Assembly (NCBI RefSeq): GCF_032191835.1
Contig: NC_083230.1
Span: forward strand, 23,498,001 to 23,562,000
Source of the DNA: Heteronotia binoei
Lineage: Eukaryota
DNA: 64,000 nucleotides
Direction: 5' to 3'
Part shown: piece after piece, positions 49,141-62,149 of the stretch
Layout: each line of letters starts with the position of its first letter
How positions within the stretch are numbered: the stretch's first letter is position 1
Notes under the pieces: generated by a model
Databases searched by the model: none
What the model saw: only the letters and a program-made list of their open reading frames with translations
What the model was told of the DNA's origin: nothing
Made by a program: the position numbers and the translations under genes

Positions 49141-50706
49141 TTACATTCTGTGTAAGCAATGGAATTTGTATATGGGTAATTCTAGCACATGACAATCTAT
49201 GAGTGGATTTAACTTTTGCTTCTGTACCAGAGGCCTCGCCAGTAATGTCCGAAAGGGGCTAGGAACCCCCCCCCCAAGGTCTATAGGAGACTCTTAATAT
49301 AGAAAAAGTGAGCTGAGATGCCAGTAAACAGTCCTAAAGTCTATCCGTTTGGCATATCTGTCACACAATAGTTTGTATGGATTTTCTATAGAAAGCAAGA
49401 AGCAGGGTTGTTGATGGAGGTCTCTTAAGGATGATCCTCTCTGTTTCTTTTGTTGTCAGGATGATTTGCTCACTCTGGTTGCCTTTTCAAGCTAGTGCTA
49501 GGTTCAGTCTGCTGACTCCTTTCAGCATATATTAGATCATCACTCAAGGAGGATTTGCCCGATTCTATTCCTAGTGAAGAACGCTGTATGTTTTATCTGT
49601 CAGTAGGAAATCAGGTCTCGCCCACATATGACACTATATTTGTTTAATGTCTATGATTGGTGTGCTGAGCAGGTATTTCATGCACCATTTCAGTATTTGA
49701 CTGTACAACTAGATAAAGTACTTTCTAAGGATATGAAACAGAAAAAATGTTTTAGTGTGCAGTCTATGACAGATAATCAATCAGATCCTATACTTCCATG
49801 TGAAAATATTCATAGTTTGGAGCTATAGGCTATATATATATTTAAAAAAAAACCCAGCAGTTTTACTGCAATACACAATGGATTAACATATATTGAAAAA
49901 TATGTGTTCGATAATACTGTTGCCTGCCTTCATTTGATAGATTCTCGGGAACTTGTATGCTGGCACCTAGATAAAGATGCCAGATGACAATAATATGGGT
50001 CAGACTTAAGTGTATTAATTTTTATACAGCTTAATTACAGGTTATTCAAATTCAGTTCTCATTAGTGCAGTTTCATAAGAGGCTAGCTGACAAATTTGCT
50101 GGGGTAGGTACAGAGTCACCCCGGCTCAACGATTGAACCTGCAGTTTACCCATACCCTCACTTTCCCTCACCTGCACAGTGTGAAGATTTAAAAGATAAA
50201 TGACAGCATCCTCTCTCCTGCATTGGAACTGGTCAGCCCACGGTATCTCGTTTTGTCACCTCCCTCCATCTACAGAGCCAGCATGGTGTAGTGGTTAAGA
50301 GACGTGGACTTTAATTTGGAAACCATTTGATTTTCCCCATTCCGCCACAGGAAGCCTGCTAGGTGACCTTGGGCCAATCACAAGGTGGGATCACACTGGA
50401 ACTTTGGCACAGCAGTATCCTGGCTTTGAAAAAGCTGGTGTCCTTTGATGCATGCTGCCACAATCACATGGTCCCTGCTCTGCCGCCAGGAGAGGCACAG
50501 GCTGCACATGCACAAGAGGAGCATTCAGACTGCTTCTGCACATGTGGGGTGCATGCATCACATGCCCTGGCTTGCCGTCCAGACAGCTGGGAAATGCAGC
50601 CTGTATGTGCTTTAGAGATTTGCTACTGGGAAGTATCTAGTAGCTATTTAATACAGTCCCAGCCTGTCCAAAGATTTTATTTATTTAGTAGGATTATATT
50701 CCGCCC

Positions 50707-52057
50707 TGTAAGAAAAAGCCCCTTCATACACATGGACATCGTGATCACCAGTATGGTTGCCAGGGTGCCTGGAGTTTTGAAGAAGTGGACTTTGCCTACG
50801 GTTTCTAAGGCTTATGTGGCTACTATAAGCCTCAGCTTTGCAGCAGCATTCTACATCTCTGGATGGGTGTTAGCCAGAACTACAGAAGAGATTCCAGCTG
50901 CTCCTTGCTTGCCCAGTCTCGGCCGTTGCAGTGGAAGAAGCCACACCGCCATGAACTGCACAGGCAAACAGTTTCCAGCCTGTTTCCACGCACCAAAGGC
51001 TAACACCACCAGAATCCATCTTGTTTTCCTGACTCCATTACAGCAAAGCAAGAGACTCACATATCCAACAGCTGCTTCAACTTCTGCATAAGAGCCATCA
51101 CGCTTATCTTAGGCATGGACCCTGTCAGACCGCCTAAGCCTTTGTGTAGCGGAACTCAAGACAAAGACTGGTGCCAAAAGAAGACTGAAGAAGAGGAAGA
51201 CCATCTTCAGCGAGCCAAGTTCCTTTGTGTAAACCGGCTGTTACCTTAGGTAGCAATTTGGCCATATATTGTCACCTTTTTAGATAAGTTTGGTAAACTC
51301 AAGCACACCTCCACCCAGTAATTTCCCCCATTCTTTCCCTTAACATCCTGGAGCCTCCTATCCTGGCCCATTGCTACCTGGAAGTCCAGTCAGGTAACCA
51401 GGGCCTAAGCTTGTCCATTGGTCAGTTATGGGCATCCAATTAGGTGCCACCAATAAACTTGCTATTGGTTACTGCATAAGTCCAGCCCTTATGGTCATTG
51501 CAGTGCCTCCCCTTTTTCTGAGGTCATGTACCAGCTGACCACCTCTCCTCCACCCCTGTATCTCCCATCCCCTAAGGGCTCAAGGTAGTCCTTATAACCT
51601 GTGACCCAGCTCCTCACAGGTGTGCATCTAGCAGTACCCCAGTTCCGCTGTCTAGATCCATCCCTGATCAGTTGAGGGTCCTATTTCCCCCGTCCTCTTT
51701 CGTCACCATTGGAGCCTTCCATGAAGACTTCGATCGGTAATTATCACCCTGTTTGTCTATCCATGTGTTGCCTCTATATCTCTATTTTTCTTAGGACTGT
51801 TTGTCTATCCATGTGTTGCCTCTATATCTCTATTTTTCTTAGGACTGTATGTGTGCTTTGTGAATTATTTGTCTTGTATGTATGCCTATATTTTTCTGGA
51901 ATAAGTTTTAATTGTTTTTACTTAATTAGTGTCCCTGGTAAATGTAAGCATTAATTTCTGGACGTGTATCCTGTATGCAGAGATAAAAAGATCCTGATTG
52001 AGCCAGGTGCCCACCTGACAATTTCCCAACCTCATTTTGAGGGCATTTTGGCTTACA
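50707..52057 (+). mobile_element. Long solo LTR (1351 bp), family copy C
   Basis: TGTAAG...TTACA ends, 4-bp TSD GCCC; inserted within a reversed L2-type 3' end (ccgccc...gggctcagggc); CCAAT and TATA-like (cttataacc) motifs. Confidence 0.85.
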
Positions 52058-53975
52058 GCCCTTTCCCATAACGGGCTCAGGGCAGATCACAACATAAACC
52101 TACAATTTAAATTTAAAAACAATCCAATAAAATTAGCAAACCAAGGACAATAGAACAATAAAATGAAATAAGGTGTATCGCAGTGGGAAGGGAAAATAAG
52201 GTAAGGACGGGTGGGACTCAAGGGGCAGATGTGCGCATGTGATAATGCACATGAAATCTGGAGAGAGGCATAGCTAGGTTGGGCTAAATGTCTTGTGTGA
52301 TCACACCCATCGTTCTATTAAACCTCTCTCAACTCCACTTACTTCACAAGGTATCTATTAGGAGAGGAAGGAAAGACAATTGTAAACTGATTTGAGACTC
52401 CTTAAGGTAGATAAAAGTGGGGTATAAAAACCAACTCTTCTTCCTCTTTTCCTACAGATCTCACACTTCTTTCCCCTTAAATTGGCTGAAGCATCTAACT
52501 CATACTAATCCTAGCTACCTTTTAGCTAGGTCCAGCTTATCCTAAATCAGGCCTATTTATCTTCACAATCTCCTTTTCACAAGCAGTATGAAGCAACCAG
52601 AAAAACGACCTTCTCCCAGCCCATCTAAGAACAAAATTCCTGCTTGGTACCAAAGTTACCTGCTAATCACACACTGCTTTATGAAGGGAGGGAAGGAGGT
52701 CAGTTTTCACCAGCCTAGCATTAGGGCTGGTCAGTTGCTTGAAAATTGTTGTGTCAGCGGTTCACAGATACCAGCTGAAAGTGGGGAATGTCTACGTGCA
52801 TGTGATATTGCTGACTTTTCACATAAACAACATTTCTTTTGAGCTGTTTGAGATCAAGGTTCATCTAGTTAGCATTCTGCCTGCTTCTTAGATGCTCTTG
52901 AACAGGCCATGGTAGAGACAACTAGTTCCTGGTATTTAGCCCAATGCATACATGTCAGAAGTATATTGCCTCCAAATACAAATGTTCCATTGCTATTCTG
53001 TTCTCACTATCATTTTTAAGACAGTGAGTGATACATTTTATAGCAATACATGTAATGAGTTAGAGATGCATTATATACTTCCTTTCTTCTATCCCAAACT
53101 TGTTGATAATTCTAGTAGATAACTTTTCAGTCCCAGTCTTAAAAAGAGCTTCTTTCTGCTTGTTCTATCCATATTAATTCAAACACTGCTGCCCAGAAAT
53201 AAAACTGTGATGAGAAAAAGGCCTGGAAATCTACTTGAATTTGTTGCTAAGTAAAAACAAAAAAAAAATTAAACATGCTTGCTCTTGCAACAAACTGAAA
53301 AATCACCAGAAGGCCTAAGAAGTCCCAAGTCAAACTAGACTTGTAAGCAGGCAAACACTATGGTTTGCCAACAGTGATGAAACATTCACTTTCATGGTGG
53401 ATGCAGCAGTTCACTCAGACAATGAAAAGGGAAATAACCATAGGCAATACAAATATTGATTGGATAAAGAAAGACAAAGAAAGGTAAAAAGAAAGGAAAA
53501 ACAGCAAATGACCAACACGTAGACAATTGTTTCAATCAGTGGAACCAATGGCGTATTTCAGGTTTTCAAGAGAAATATTCTTTGAAGGGAATATCTCAAT
53601 TTCATATTTGCTTGTTTTGCTGTTAATATGAACAGTTAAGGATAGCAGAACTGGAGTTTATTTTAGGCTTAAAAGGCATAAGCATTGGGAAGACTGGAAT
53701 CAAGTGATACACAGATTTATACTTGTGCAGATAGGACTAAAAAGAAGAGGCCTAAAGAAGATGACATAGTTGAACGAGGACCAGAACACAGAATGAGCTT
53801 TTCACTTGTGAGATTCTTTTCTCTCTTTGAAGTGTTCCCACATGTGAGCATTAGGGCATCATATCTACTGCCAGTAAAATAGATGGCTTTGATAGTGGAT
53901 ATATTAAAACAGAAATGTTATCCCAGTTTGCGATGTGTTTCTGTCTGTGAAAGGCATAAAGAGAGTCAACTAGGG

Positions 53976-54374
53976 CAGTGGTCCCCAACCCTTTTGACCC
54001 CAGGGACTGGCCCCAGGGCCGGCCCACCCACCCACCGCAGCCCCAGGGTGGGAGCACCAAATTCAGCTGCTCTGCACACACACACCCCACAGGACTGCCT
54101 CCTCCTTCCTCCATTTTCATAATTTTAAGGCCCGGGAAGGGGTGGTGAAGCACCTCCCAGGCTGATCCCCCCTGCTGCTGAGCAGCTGGGAGGTCGGCCT
54201 GGGAGGTGCTTCACTGCCCCTTCCTGGGCCTTAAAATGGTGAAAACAGGGGGAAGAAGGAGGCACCGCTGGGGGCGAGGCTGCATGGGGGGTTGGGGCAG
54301 CAAGGCTGCACAGCTCAGTTGCAAACAGGCCGCGGACTGGTAGCAGTCCGTGGCCTGGGGGTTGGGGACCCCTG
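53976..54374. mobile_element. MER1-like hAT-Charlie element with internal hairpin
   Basis: cagtggtccccaac and gttggggacccctg ends; TSD aactaggg/aactagca; internal inverted repeat ~54125-54240. Confidence 0.8.
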
Positions 54375-54377
54375 AAC

Positions 54378-54881
54378 TAGCATTGCCAGGTCTGATTCAG
54401 GAAATATATGGGGGCTTCAGGGGTGGGGCCAGGAGACTTCAGGGTGGAGCCAGGGTGGGACAAGCATGAATGAACTACAAAGGAAGTTCTGGCCATCACA
54501 TTTAAAGGGACCACACACCTTTTAAATGCCTTCCCTCTATTTGGAAATAATGAAGGATAGGGCCAATCTTTTTGAAACTTGGAAAGTGTTTTCAGGAGAT
54601 ACACCAGATGCTATCTTGTGCCTCTCCCCAAAGTACCCCCCAATTCTATGAGCCCCAAAATATGGTGCCCTTATCCTTCATTATTTCCTATGGAAGGAAG
54701 ACATTTAAAAAGGTGTGCTGTCCCTTTAAATGTGATGGCCAGAACTCTCTTGGAGTTCAATTATGCTTGTCACACCCTTGTTCCTGGCTCCGCCCCCAAT
54801 GTCTCCTGGCTTCACCCCCAAAGTCTCCTGGCTCCACCCCCAAAGTCCCCAGATATTTCTTGAATTGGACTTGGCAACCCT
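54378..54881. mobile_element. hAT element of the 15890 family built from two inverted right arms
   Basis: ~54620-54881 matches ~16130-16420 directly; 54378-54555 matches the same arm in reverse. Confidence 0.7.
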
Positions 54882-55080
54882 CCTTGGACAGGCAGTACAT
54901 TACCATGTGGAATAACAGCCTTATCTCTTCAGCCAGCAGAACTTCATCATCCTGGAAAAATGACCAGAGGGGAGTGGTAGGGCAGCAGGCCTACTACTAT
55001 ACTCAATCCTTCTGCTGGTACATTGTTATAGGATCCCTGGCCTCCATTGGTATTCCAGACTACCAATGGGAACCAAGATC

Positions 55081-55152
55081 TAATTACCAGATGACTTGAC
55101 AGAGCTTAGATTTTGACAGCTCCATTAGATCACTAACTGTCAAAGCAATTAA
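55081..55152. promoter_or_regulatory. Cluster of TALE (MEIS-type) and homeodomain motifs
   Basis: TTGACAG three times (55097-55102, 55114-55119, minus 55137-55142) plus TAATTA and CAATTA within 72 bp. Confidence 0.3.
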
Positions 55153-56345
55153 GGCCAGGTGTAACACTTTACCAACCCCACAAAGGCCCAGTTAACATAG
55201 CTCTGCAGGTGAAGGGAGTTAAAGGCACTTTGCCTAGCAACTTGGATCTTAAAGGGGCCCTCCCCATCTGCTAAGGATTTACACACCCTAGGCCATAGGG
55301 CCTGATTTAGGACTCGGAACTCATGAAAAGGCCGAGGCCAGAAAGCCTTTTCATGACAATTCCCTAGTTTAATTTTGTTGATTGTGACATGACTTGGATA
55401 GATATATGCTTACAAATGTGTTGGGGCTCTGGAAATGAGTGTTTGCCTTTATGATTAACTCAGGAAAGAGGCTAAATGTTCTCTTGGATGCATTAGACAT
55501 TTGGCTTAAGAATATCCATTTATGTCTTCAACATTTCTTCTTTGGTGTCACAAACACTGACTGCCTATTTTGCAGTATTTTTCTTGTGAATCTGATCCAT
55601 ATTACTTCTTCCCCTTGCTTTTTTGGCTTCTGTTTTCTGGGTCTAAAAGTGAGACATGGGAGGGCCTTTTAGCTGCCCCTTTGCCCAGTTTCTGGGGTGG
55701 CCTGAGGTCCTAATGAATATTGGGGTGCTGGAGTAACAATAATAACAGTACACTTGCTTGTTTTGTAAGAAGAAGAAGAAATTGTGCATACACATGAACC
55801 CAACCCCCTTCTTCACATAAAATACATTGGGAATTCATGAATGCTATGTACTTCAAATGCTATTAACTATGATGGCTGAATGGGTTCTCCATATTTGAAA
55901 GTACTACATGTTGAGGGGGGTGGAAAACGGGTAGGATTTGGTATCTTCTCCTGTGCCATGGATTTTCTGGAGCATGTGATGGACCACTGTATGAAATGAG
56001 ATGCTGAACTAGATGGCTCTCCTTGTATTCTTATGAATCCCCTTGCCTCAGAAACCATGGAGTGTACATTAGGAGCTGTTGGATCCTACCCCCATCCTAC
56101 TACTCACTGAGCAAAATTTGAAGCTTTCTTCCAACAGAAAAGTCCTATTGGAGCAAGGTTCCTTGAAAGGTGGTTGGATCCACTCGGCTGCCAGTAACAC
56201 TGCAGGCAGTTAAATATGTGCTATTCCAGTGAGGATTTTAGTCTGTGGAACTAGAATTACAGCCAATATTTATTACACTGTGAGGATAAGGTTGGCGTCA
56301 GGAAGCATTCACAATTCTTTTCAATCAGTCTTACTTGAAACAGTC

Positions 56346-56550
56346 AGGGGGTTTTTTTGAGCAGGAATGCACAGGAACACAGTGCTGGCTGGCTTGGTGT
56401 CAGGGTGTCTGGCTTAATAGGCTAATGAGTTCCTGCTGAGCTTTTTCTGCAAAAAAAAGCCCTGTGGGAAACAATGGTGACATCAGGGGTGTGGCTTAAT
56501 ATGCAAATGTGTTCTTGCTGGGCTTTTTCTACAAAAAAAAAAGTCCTGGA
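56346..56550. mobile_element. Octamer-bearing MITE (degenerate)
   Basis: gggggtttttttgagcaggaa...gtggcttaatatgcaaatgtgttcttgctgggctttttctacaaaaaaa. Confidence 0.6.
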
Positions 56551-57341
56551 AACAATGTTTTCTCAGAATTGCAGCACCTCTTCAGCATCTCACACCATGA
56601 CAAATTTTTCCTAATATCTGCTCCCTGAGATCATTTAATTGGATAACCCAGAGACTGAGACTGACACAGTCTGCAGTGCTGTGTCCCAACACCATGGCCG
56701 TACTCATGTGTGGGACCTGTAACTATATTTGCTCACAGTCAGTCCCCTGATACTGTAGTCTCTTCCTTCCCTTCTCCTGCTATCTCTTCCAACATCAAAA
56801 ATTTAAATTCTAAGGCTATTGGGGGTTATTGGTTTCTTTGTATATTTCTGTATGTGTGTGTATAGGTAGATAGATAGACAGATAAACACACACATTTCCA
56901 TAGATATTTACAGAATGGCAGAAATAAAAAAAAAATAGTAATATAGACATACTGCCTTTGTCTGGCTACTGTATAGTTGGGATTCCATGGTGCATAAGTA
57001 ACATCTTCATGTAGTGTCTCCATGGATCAAGTGACTGACATGATAAGATCTCAAGCTAGCACTGTAGGAAAACTCAGAACTAGTATCTCTCTGTCATGTT
57101 TCCATTTCACCCTTATACCAAGGAACTTAGGGTAGAGAGCATGGGTTTTGTCTTCTTCTGCTTCATTCTCACAACAACCTTATTAGGTTAAGCTGCGATA
57201 GACTGGCTAGCCCAGCTAACCAGTGATTTTACCCTCTTTACCGAGTAAGGATTTTACTCTCTTTACTCATGGTTTAAACTGAAGAGCTTGGTTAGTGTGT
57301 TTGAGGGAAGAGAAAAAAGCAAGAGCCCAGTAGCACCTTAA

Positions 57342-57552
57342 AGGGACGGTGGCTCAGTGGTAGAGCATCTGCTTGGTAAGCAGAAGGTCCCTGGTTCAAT
57401 CCCTGGCATCTCCAAAAAGGGTCCAGGCAAGTAGGGGTGAAAATCCTCAGCTTGAGACCCTGGAGAGCCGCTGCCAGTCTGAGAAGACAATACTGACTTT
57501 GATGGACCAAGGGTCTGATTCAGTAGAAGGCAGCTTCATATGTTCCTATGTT
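57342..57552 (+). mobile_element. tRNA-derived SINE (full length)
   Basis: Very similar to 20679-20894; A and B boxes intact. Confidence 0.9.
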
Positions 57553-57675
57553 AAAGACTAACCAAATTTGTGATAGAGTATGACCTTTCATGACCTTTCA
57601 ACTGTTCCTACCCTGCCACAACCTTGGTTAGCCTTTAAGGTGCTACTGGACCCTTGCTCTTTTCTACAACTCATA

Positions 57676-57951
57676 GGGTGTTTTCGCACTCACCTTCAGC
57701 CGGCGCGACCCCCCTCTTCACCGCGCAGGATCTGCGCGGATTTCACACTAAATGCCGCGGAGCAGCCAGAAGAGCCGGAAACTCCTGTCGCAAAAGCCGC
57801 GCAAACGGAAACTGCTTTTTGGCGTTTTACGTTTGAGCGGCTTTTGCGCCGGGAGCTTCCGGCTGCTCCGCGGCATTTAGTGCGAAATCCGCACAGATCC
57901 TGCGCGGTGAAGAGGGGGGTTGCGCCGGCTGAAGGTGAGTGCGAAAACCCC
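57676..57951. mobile_element. Palindromic MITE (PIF/Harbinger-like)
   Basis: gggtgttttcgcactcacc and ggtgagtgcgaaaacccc ends; palindromic throughout; CpG-rich. Confidence 0.8.
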
Positions 57952-58974
57952 AACAGCTGTACCATACAACATAGGAACTTGGCATGCAATCCATCTGATC
58001 TGTTTTCCAGCAGTCTCATTACCACAAGGAGTGCTGACAACAACAGTAAGGTTTCACGAACTGGGCCTTGGAGTGTTATGCTCTTGGTAATGATCTGTGT
58101 GTATTTCTACACAGAAGCGGAGGACCAATAAAAACATTGCCTAGAGAAGAATGGCTGAGGATATCTATTGTGAAACTGTTGTGTAAACTCATTATTTTCC
58201 CCCTGAAGTTCTACTGTCTTTGTGATATTTGTGGCAGAGAATAGAAAGTGGATGCAGCAATTCTATCATAGCCGCAAGCAATGGGTAGACCTGTATGTAC
58301 TAGGGACTGGGGAGGGTGGGGTGTCTACCTGGTAAAAAGGGTTACCTTTGCCCCACGGTTTACTTAAAACTGATTTACTTAAAACTTCTTTATGCCACCT
58401 CAGAACAATGTTAAGCAATAAAAATGAAATAAAATGCCACCAGTAATTTAACCATAATCAATTCTAAACCGTAACGGCTAAGTACAACATAAAAGAGTAG
58501 CGGCAGCAGCAACACCATTTCAAGCTATAACATGAGACGGAGGAGGGAACAAACCCTACTGCAGAGATCTGGCAAAGCAAAAATATTTGCATTTAGTAAT
58601 CAACAAGTGTACAAGGGACTTTAACAAACAGGCATCACAACTAATGAGGCGCTATAATTTTTAAAGGACGGAGCACGCAGGAAAGGCAAGGATAAAAATT
58701 TAGTACTCTACTGGTCGGAGTAGACAATTTTCACCATGATAGACAAAACAAATAAAGACAGGTGGAACAGGGCAATATTCAGAGAATAATTAGGCACTAG
58801 AACCAGTGAGGCATAGTGGTTAGTGTTAGAACTGGAGGCCTTTGTGTTGTCTCTTAGCCTCAGTGTTCAGAGGGGGCTGTCAAAGAGTCAGAGAGGTAGA
58901 TAGGCATAGGACACAGAGCATCCTTTCCTGTCTCATCTGCTCTTATTCCTTTGAAGTGTAGATTGCTACTCTCA

Positions 58975-59068
58975 GGCTGGGTCCAGACCAGCATTTTACA
59001 CCAGCACAGGGATGGGACACAGGCATCCTGTCCCTGTGCTGGTGTAAAATGCATGTCTGGACCCAGCC
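58975..59068. mobile_element. 94-bp hairpin mini-MITE
   Basis: ggctgggtccagac...gcattttacaccagcacaggga / tccctgtgctggtgtaaaatgc...gtctggacccagcc. Confidence 0.65.
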
Positions 59069-59834
59069 GTAGGGAAATTCCTTCCTTCCTTCCTTCTGCA
59101 TCGATACCTCTCTCTCCCACACATTACCACATCTTTCCATCTTGGTACCATGAGACCCATGTCTTGCATATCTGGACATTCAGATAGATTAGGTTAGGCA
59201 TGCTCTCTCTCATCTTTCCTAGCTAGAGTTCATATAATAAAACTCCTTATTGATTTGAAATCTGAAGTAGTCTCCGTGTATCTTTTGTTTCATACTTGCA
59301 TGCACACAACCTTGGCTAGCCGCATGGCTTGTGCTATGCTTACAGCCTAGTATACTCTGCTAAGTTACACAAATACATTGGAATAATTTTCCAACAGAGA
59401 GTGTTGGGCTAGGACCCTAGATTGAACCTCACCTCTGCCAGAGGAGTTGCTGGGTACATGTGTTTCTCCTTCAGCATGACACAGAGGCTGGCTTCATGCT
59501 GGCCAATCATAATTCTGTTTGCTATTTTAAGAACATGTGCCAAAGAAGGCCCAGCAAGAGAGAGGCAATTTGGCAAAACACCTACCAACAAAGAGGCCTG
59601 CCATATAGCTGCCTTCAGACAGGGAGGATGAGCCTGGTGTAACTGAAATGGTGACAAAAATAGAAACTTTCATGTTTCTTGGGGTCAGTCAGCTGACGCA
59701 GTGCCGCAGGTAGCAATCAGCATAGAAGCCCTGGAGCCTGGCCTGGAGGTCAATGTTGTATGTGGATTGGGGGCAGCAGCTGTGGCTTCTTCATCTGAGG
59801 TGGAAACAATGAGGCGGAAACAATGAGGTGGTGG

Positions 59835-60408
59835 GACTACCTCGGTGGGAACACGTGCGGCCTGGGCTGCGGGATCTGCACTGGCTACCGGTTGTGTACC
59901 GTGTTCGCTATAAAGTGCTGGTTATTACCTTTAAAGCTCTATATGGCCGAGGACCTGCCTATCTTAGGGACCGCCTCTCCCCATATGTTCCACAGAGAGC
60001 ACTGAGATCTAGCTCTCAAAATCTTTTAATAATCCCTGGGCCAAGAGAAGCTAGATTGAAGACAACCAGGGAGCAAGCCTTTTCAGCAATGGCCCCTCGA
60101 TGGTGGAATCAACTTCCAGAGATGGTGCGAGCCCTGCGGGACCTGAACCAATTCCGCAGGGCTTGCAAAACATTTCTTTTTCAGCTTGCTTTTAAGACAG
60201 AACCTGGCTAAACTGACCTGTAGCCATCTAGCCATCTTATGCATGACTGTGACTTATAGCATCTTATAGCACCTGTTTTTATCTATTTTAATTAATTTAT
60301 GTAATTGATTTGTATTTAAAATTGTTGTTTACATTGTTTTATTCAAATCCATGTCTGTGAGCCGCCCTGAGCCCGCCTTCGGCGGGGGAGGGCGGGATAC
60401 AAAAATAA

Positions 60409-60471
<63 letters not shown>
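59835..60471 (+). mobile_element. Young 5'-truncated L2 LINE with long (ATT)n tail
   Basis: Uninterrupted ORF2 C-terminus HVRPGLRDLHWLPVVYRVRYKVLVITFKALYGRGPAYLRDRLSP...FQLAF; 3' end; ~20 ATT units. Confidence 0.95.
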
Positions 60472-61194
60472 CCTGCCAGGCATCACTTTTGGATGGAAGC
60501 ACAGTGCCACTAGGGCTGGCAGCCATTCTAGCAGCGATGGAGTCAGCTGGTGAAAAGCCATGTTCTGATTCAGTTGATGGATGGGTGTACAACAGTGCCA
60601 TCAAAGTGGTCAGGTAACAGATTATGGGAGACAGACCAAGTAGCAGGTGAATATGTAAGTACTAAGGCACCTACACCAGATGTGGACATTTCAGACACAT
60701 GTTTCAGCACATCCGTGGCAGAAGGGGACAGGGCTCTGGGGTAGCACCTAACTTTTCCCATTGTGGGAAAGGGGGCAAGTGGTGAGGTATTGTATTGCAC
60801 AGGGATTTTTTTCAGGGCTTAGTGCCTAATGCCCCAAAGACTGTTACACTAGGCTTGTTACCAAACCCCTTGGCTAAACTGGGCCAGCAGTTGGTTCCTT
60901 TCAAGCATTTTCTGTATGAGAAAATTGTGTCTATCTTTGGAAGAGCATCTTTCACTAACTACTCAGTTAAAGATATGGAGGGGGGAGTATGTAGGCCCTT
61001 TAAATTATGTTTAGGGAGTTGGAGATTAAGGGGAAGAAGATGAGGAGTGAGAATGATTTGTTCAAAAAGTTGTCTGAAAGAATTTGTGATAATATATGCA
61101 TGGCAGTGGTGATCAGGATGTAGCCAAATAGGACCCCACCTTTTATTAACTATCTGGATATTATTCATAGACTACATGCTGAACATGCAGGACT

Positions 61195-61927
61195 TAAGAA
61201 CATAAGAGAAGCCATGTTGGATCAGGCCAATGGCCCATCCAGTCCAACAGTCTGGCCAAAAAAACCCCAAGTGCCATCAAGAGGTTCACAAGTGAGGCTA
61301 GAAGCCCTTCCACTTTGCCCCCCCCCCCCCCAAAGCACCAAGAATACAGAGCATCACTGCCCCAGACAGTTCCAATAATATGCTGGCTAATAGCCACTGA
61401 TGGACCTCTGCTCCATATTTTTATCCAATCACCTCTTGAAGCTGGCTATGCTTGTAGCCGCCACCACCTCCTATGGCAGTGAATTCCACATGTTAATCAC
61501 CCTTTGGGTGAAGAAGTACTTCCTTTTATCCATTTTAACCTGTCTGCTCAGCAATTTCATTGAATGCCCACGAGTTCTTGTATTGTGAGAAAGGGAGAAA
61601 AGGACTTCTTTCTCTACTTTCTCCATCCAATTACCAACCAATTACCAGCAGAGGTTCAAGCCCTTTGGGACTATAATCAGTTCCGCAGGGCCTGCAAAAC
61701 TATCCTTTTTCAAATGGCCTACAAGATTGAAGAGACACCTAGCCATCTGATATACACTGCCTTGCATTATAGCACCTTAACTGTAGTGGTTTTAATTAAT
61801 TAATTAATTAATTTAATGTATTTTATTGTATTTTATCGTATAATGTATTTACTGTAATCATGGCACTTTCCATGTCTGTGAGCCGCCCTGAGCCTGCCTC
61901 GGCGGGGAGGGCGGGATATAAATAAAA

Positions 61928-61998
<71 letters not shown>

Positions 61999-62148
61999 CC
62001 CATGCATAATCTTGTAAACCTCTATCATGTCACCCCGCAGTCGACGTTTCTCCAAACTAAAGAGACCGAAGCGTTTTAACCTTTCTTCATAGGGGAAGCG
62101 TTCCAAACCTTTAATCATTCTAGTTGCCCTTTTCTGGACTTTTTCCAA
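61195..62148 (-). mobile_element. CR1 LINE 3' fragment interrupted by L2
   Basis: Same family as 7475-7908; [49 protein letters not shown]. Confidence 0.93.
61629..61996 (+). mobile_element. 5'-truncated L2 nested in CR1
   Basis: aatcagttccgcagggcctgcaaaact...gccgccctgagcc and (att)n tail; flanked by an atcc duplication (61625-61628, 61997-62000). Confidence 0.88.
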
Positions 62149-62149
62149 T

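Noticed and set aside
50363-51091. Longest ORF in the window (242 aa)
   Set aside because: It runs across a SINE remnant, unique DNA, an L2 tail and the LTR boundary at 50707. It has no domain and is a chance read-through
60329-60617. ORFs with poly-Asn, poly-Ile and poly-Leu tracts (also 61858-62148, 18298-18504)
   Set aside because: These are translations of (ATT)n L2 tails
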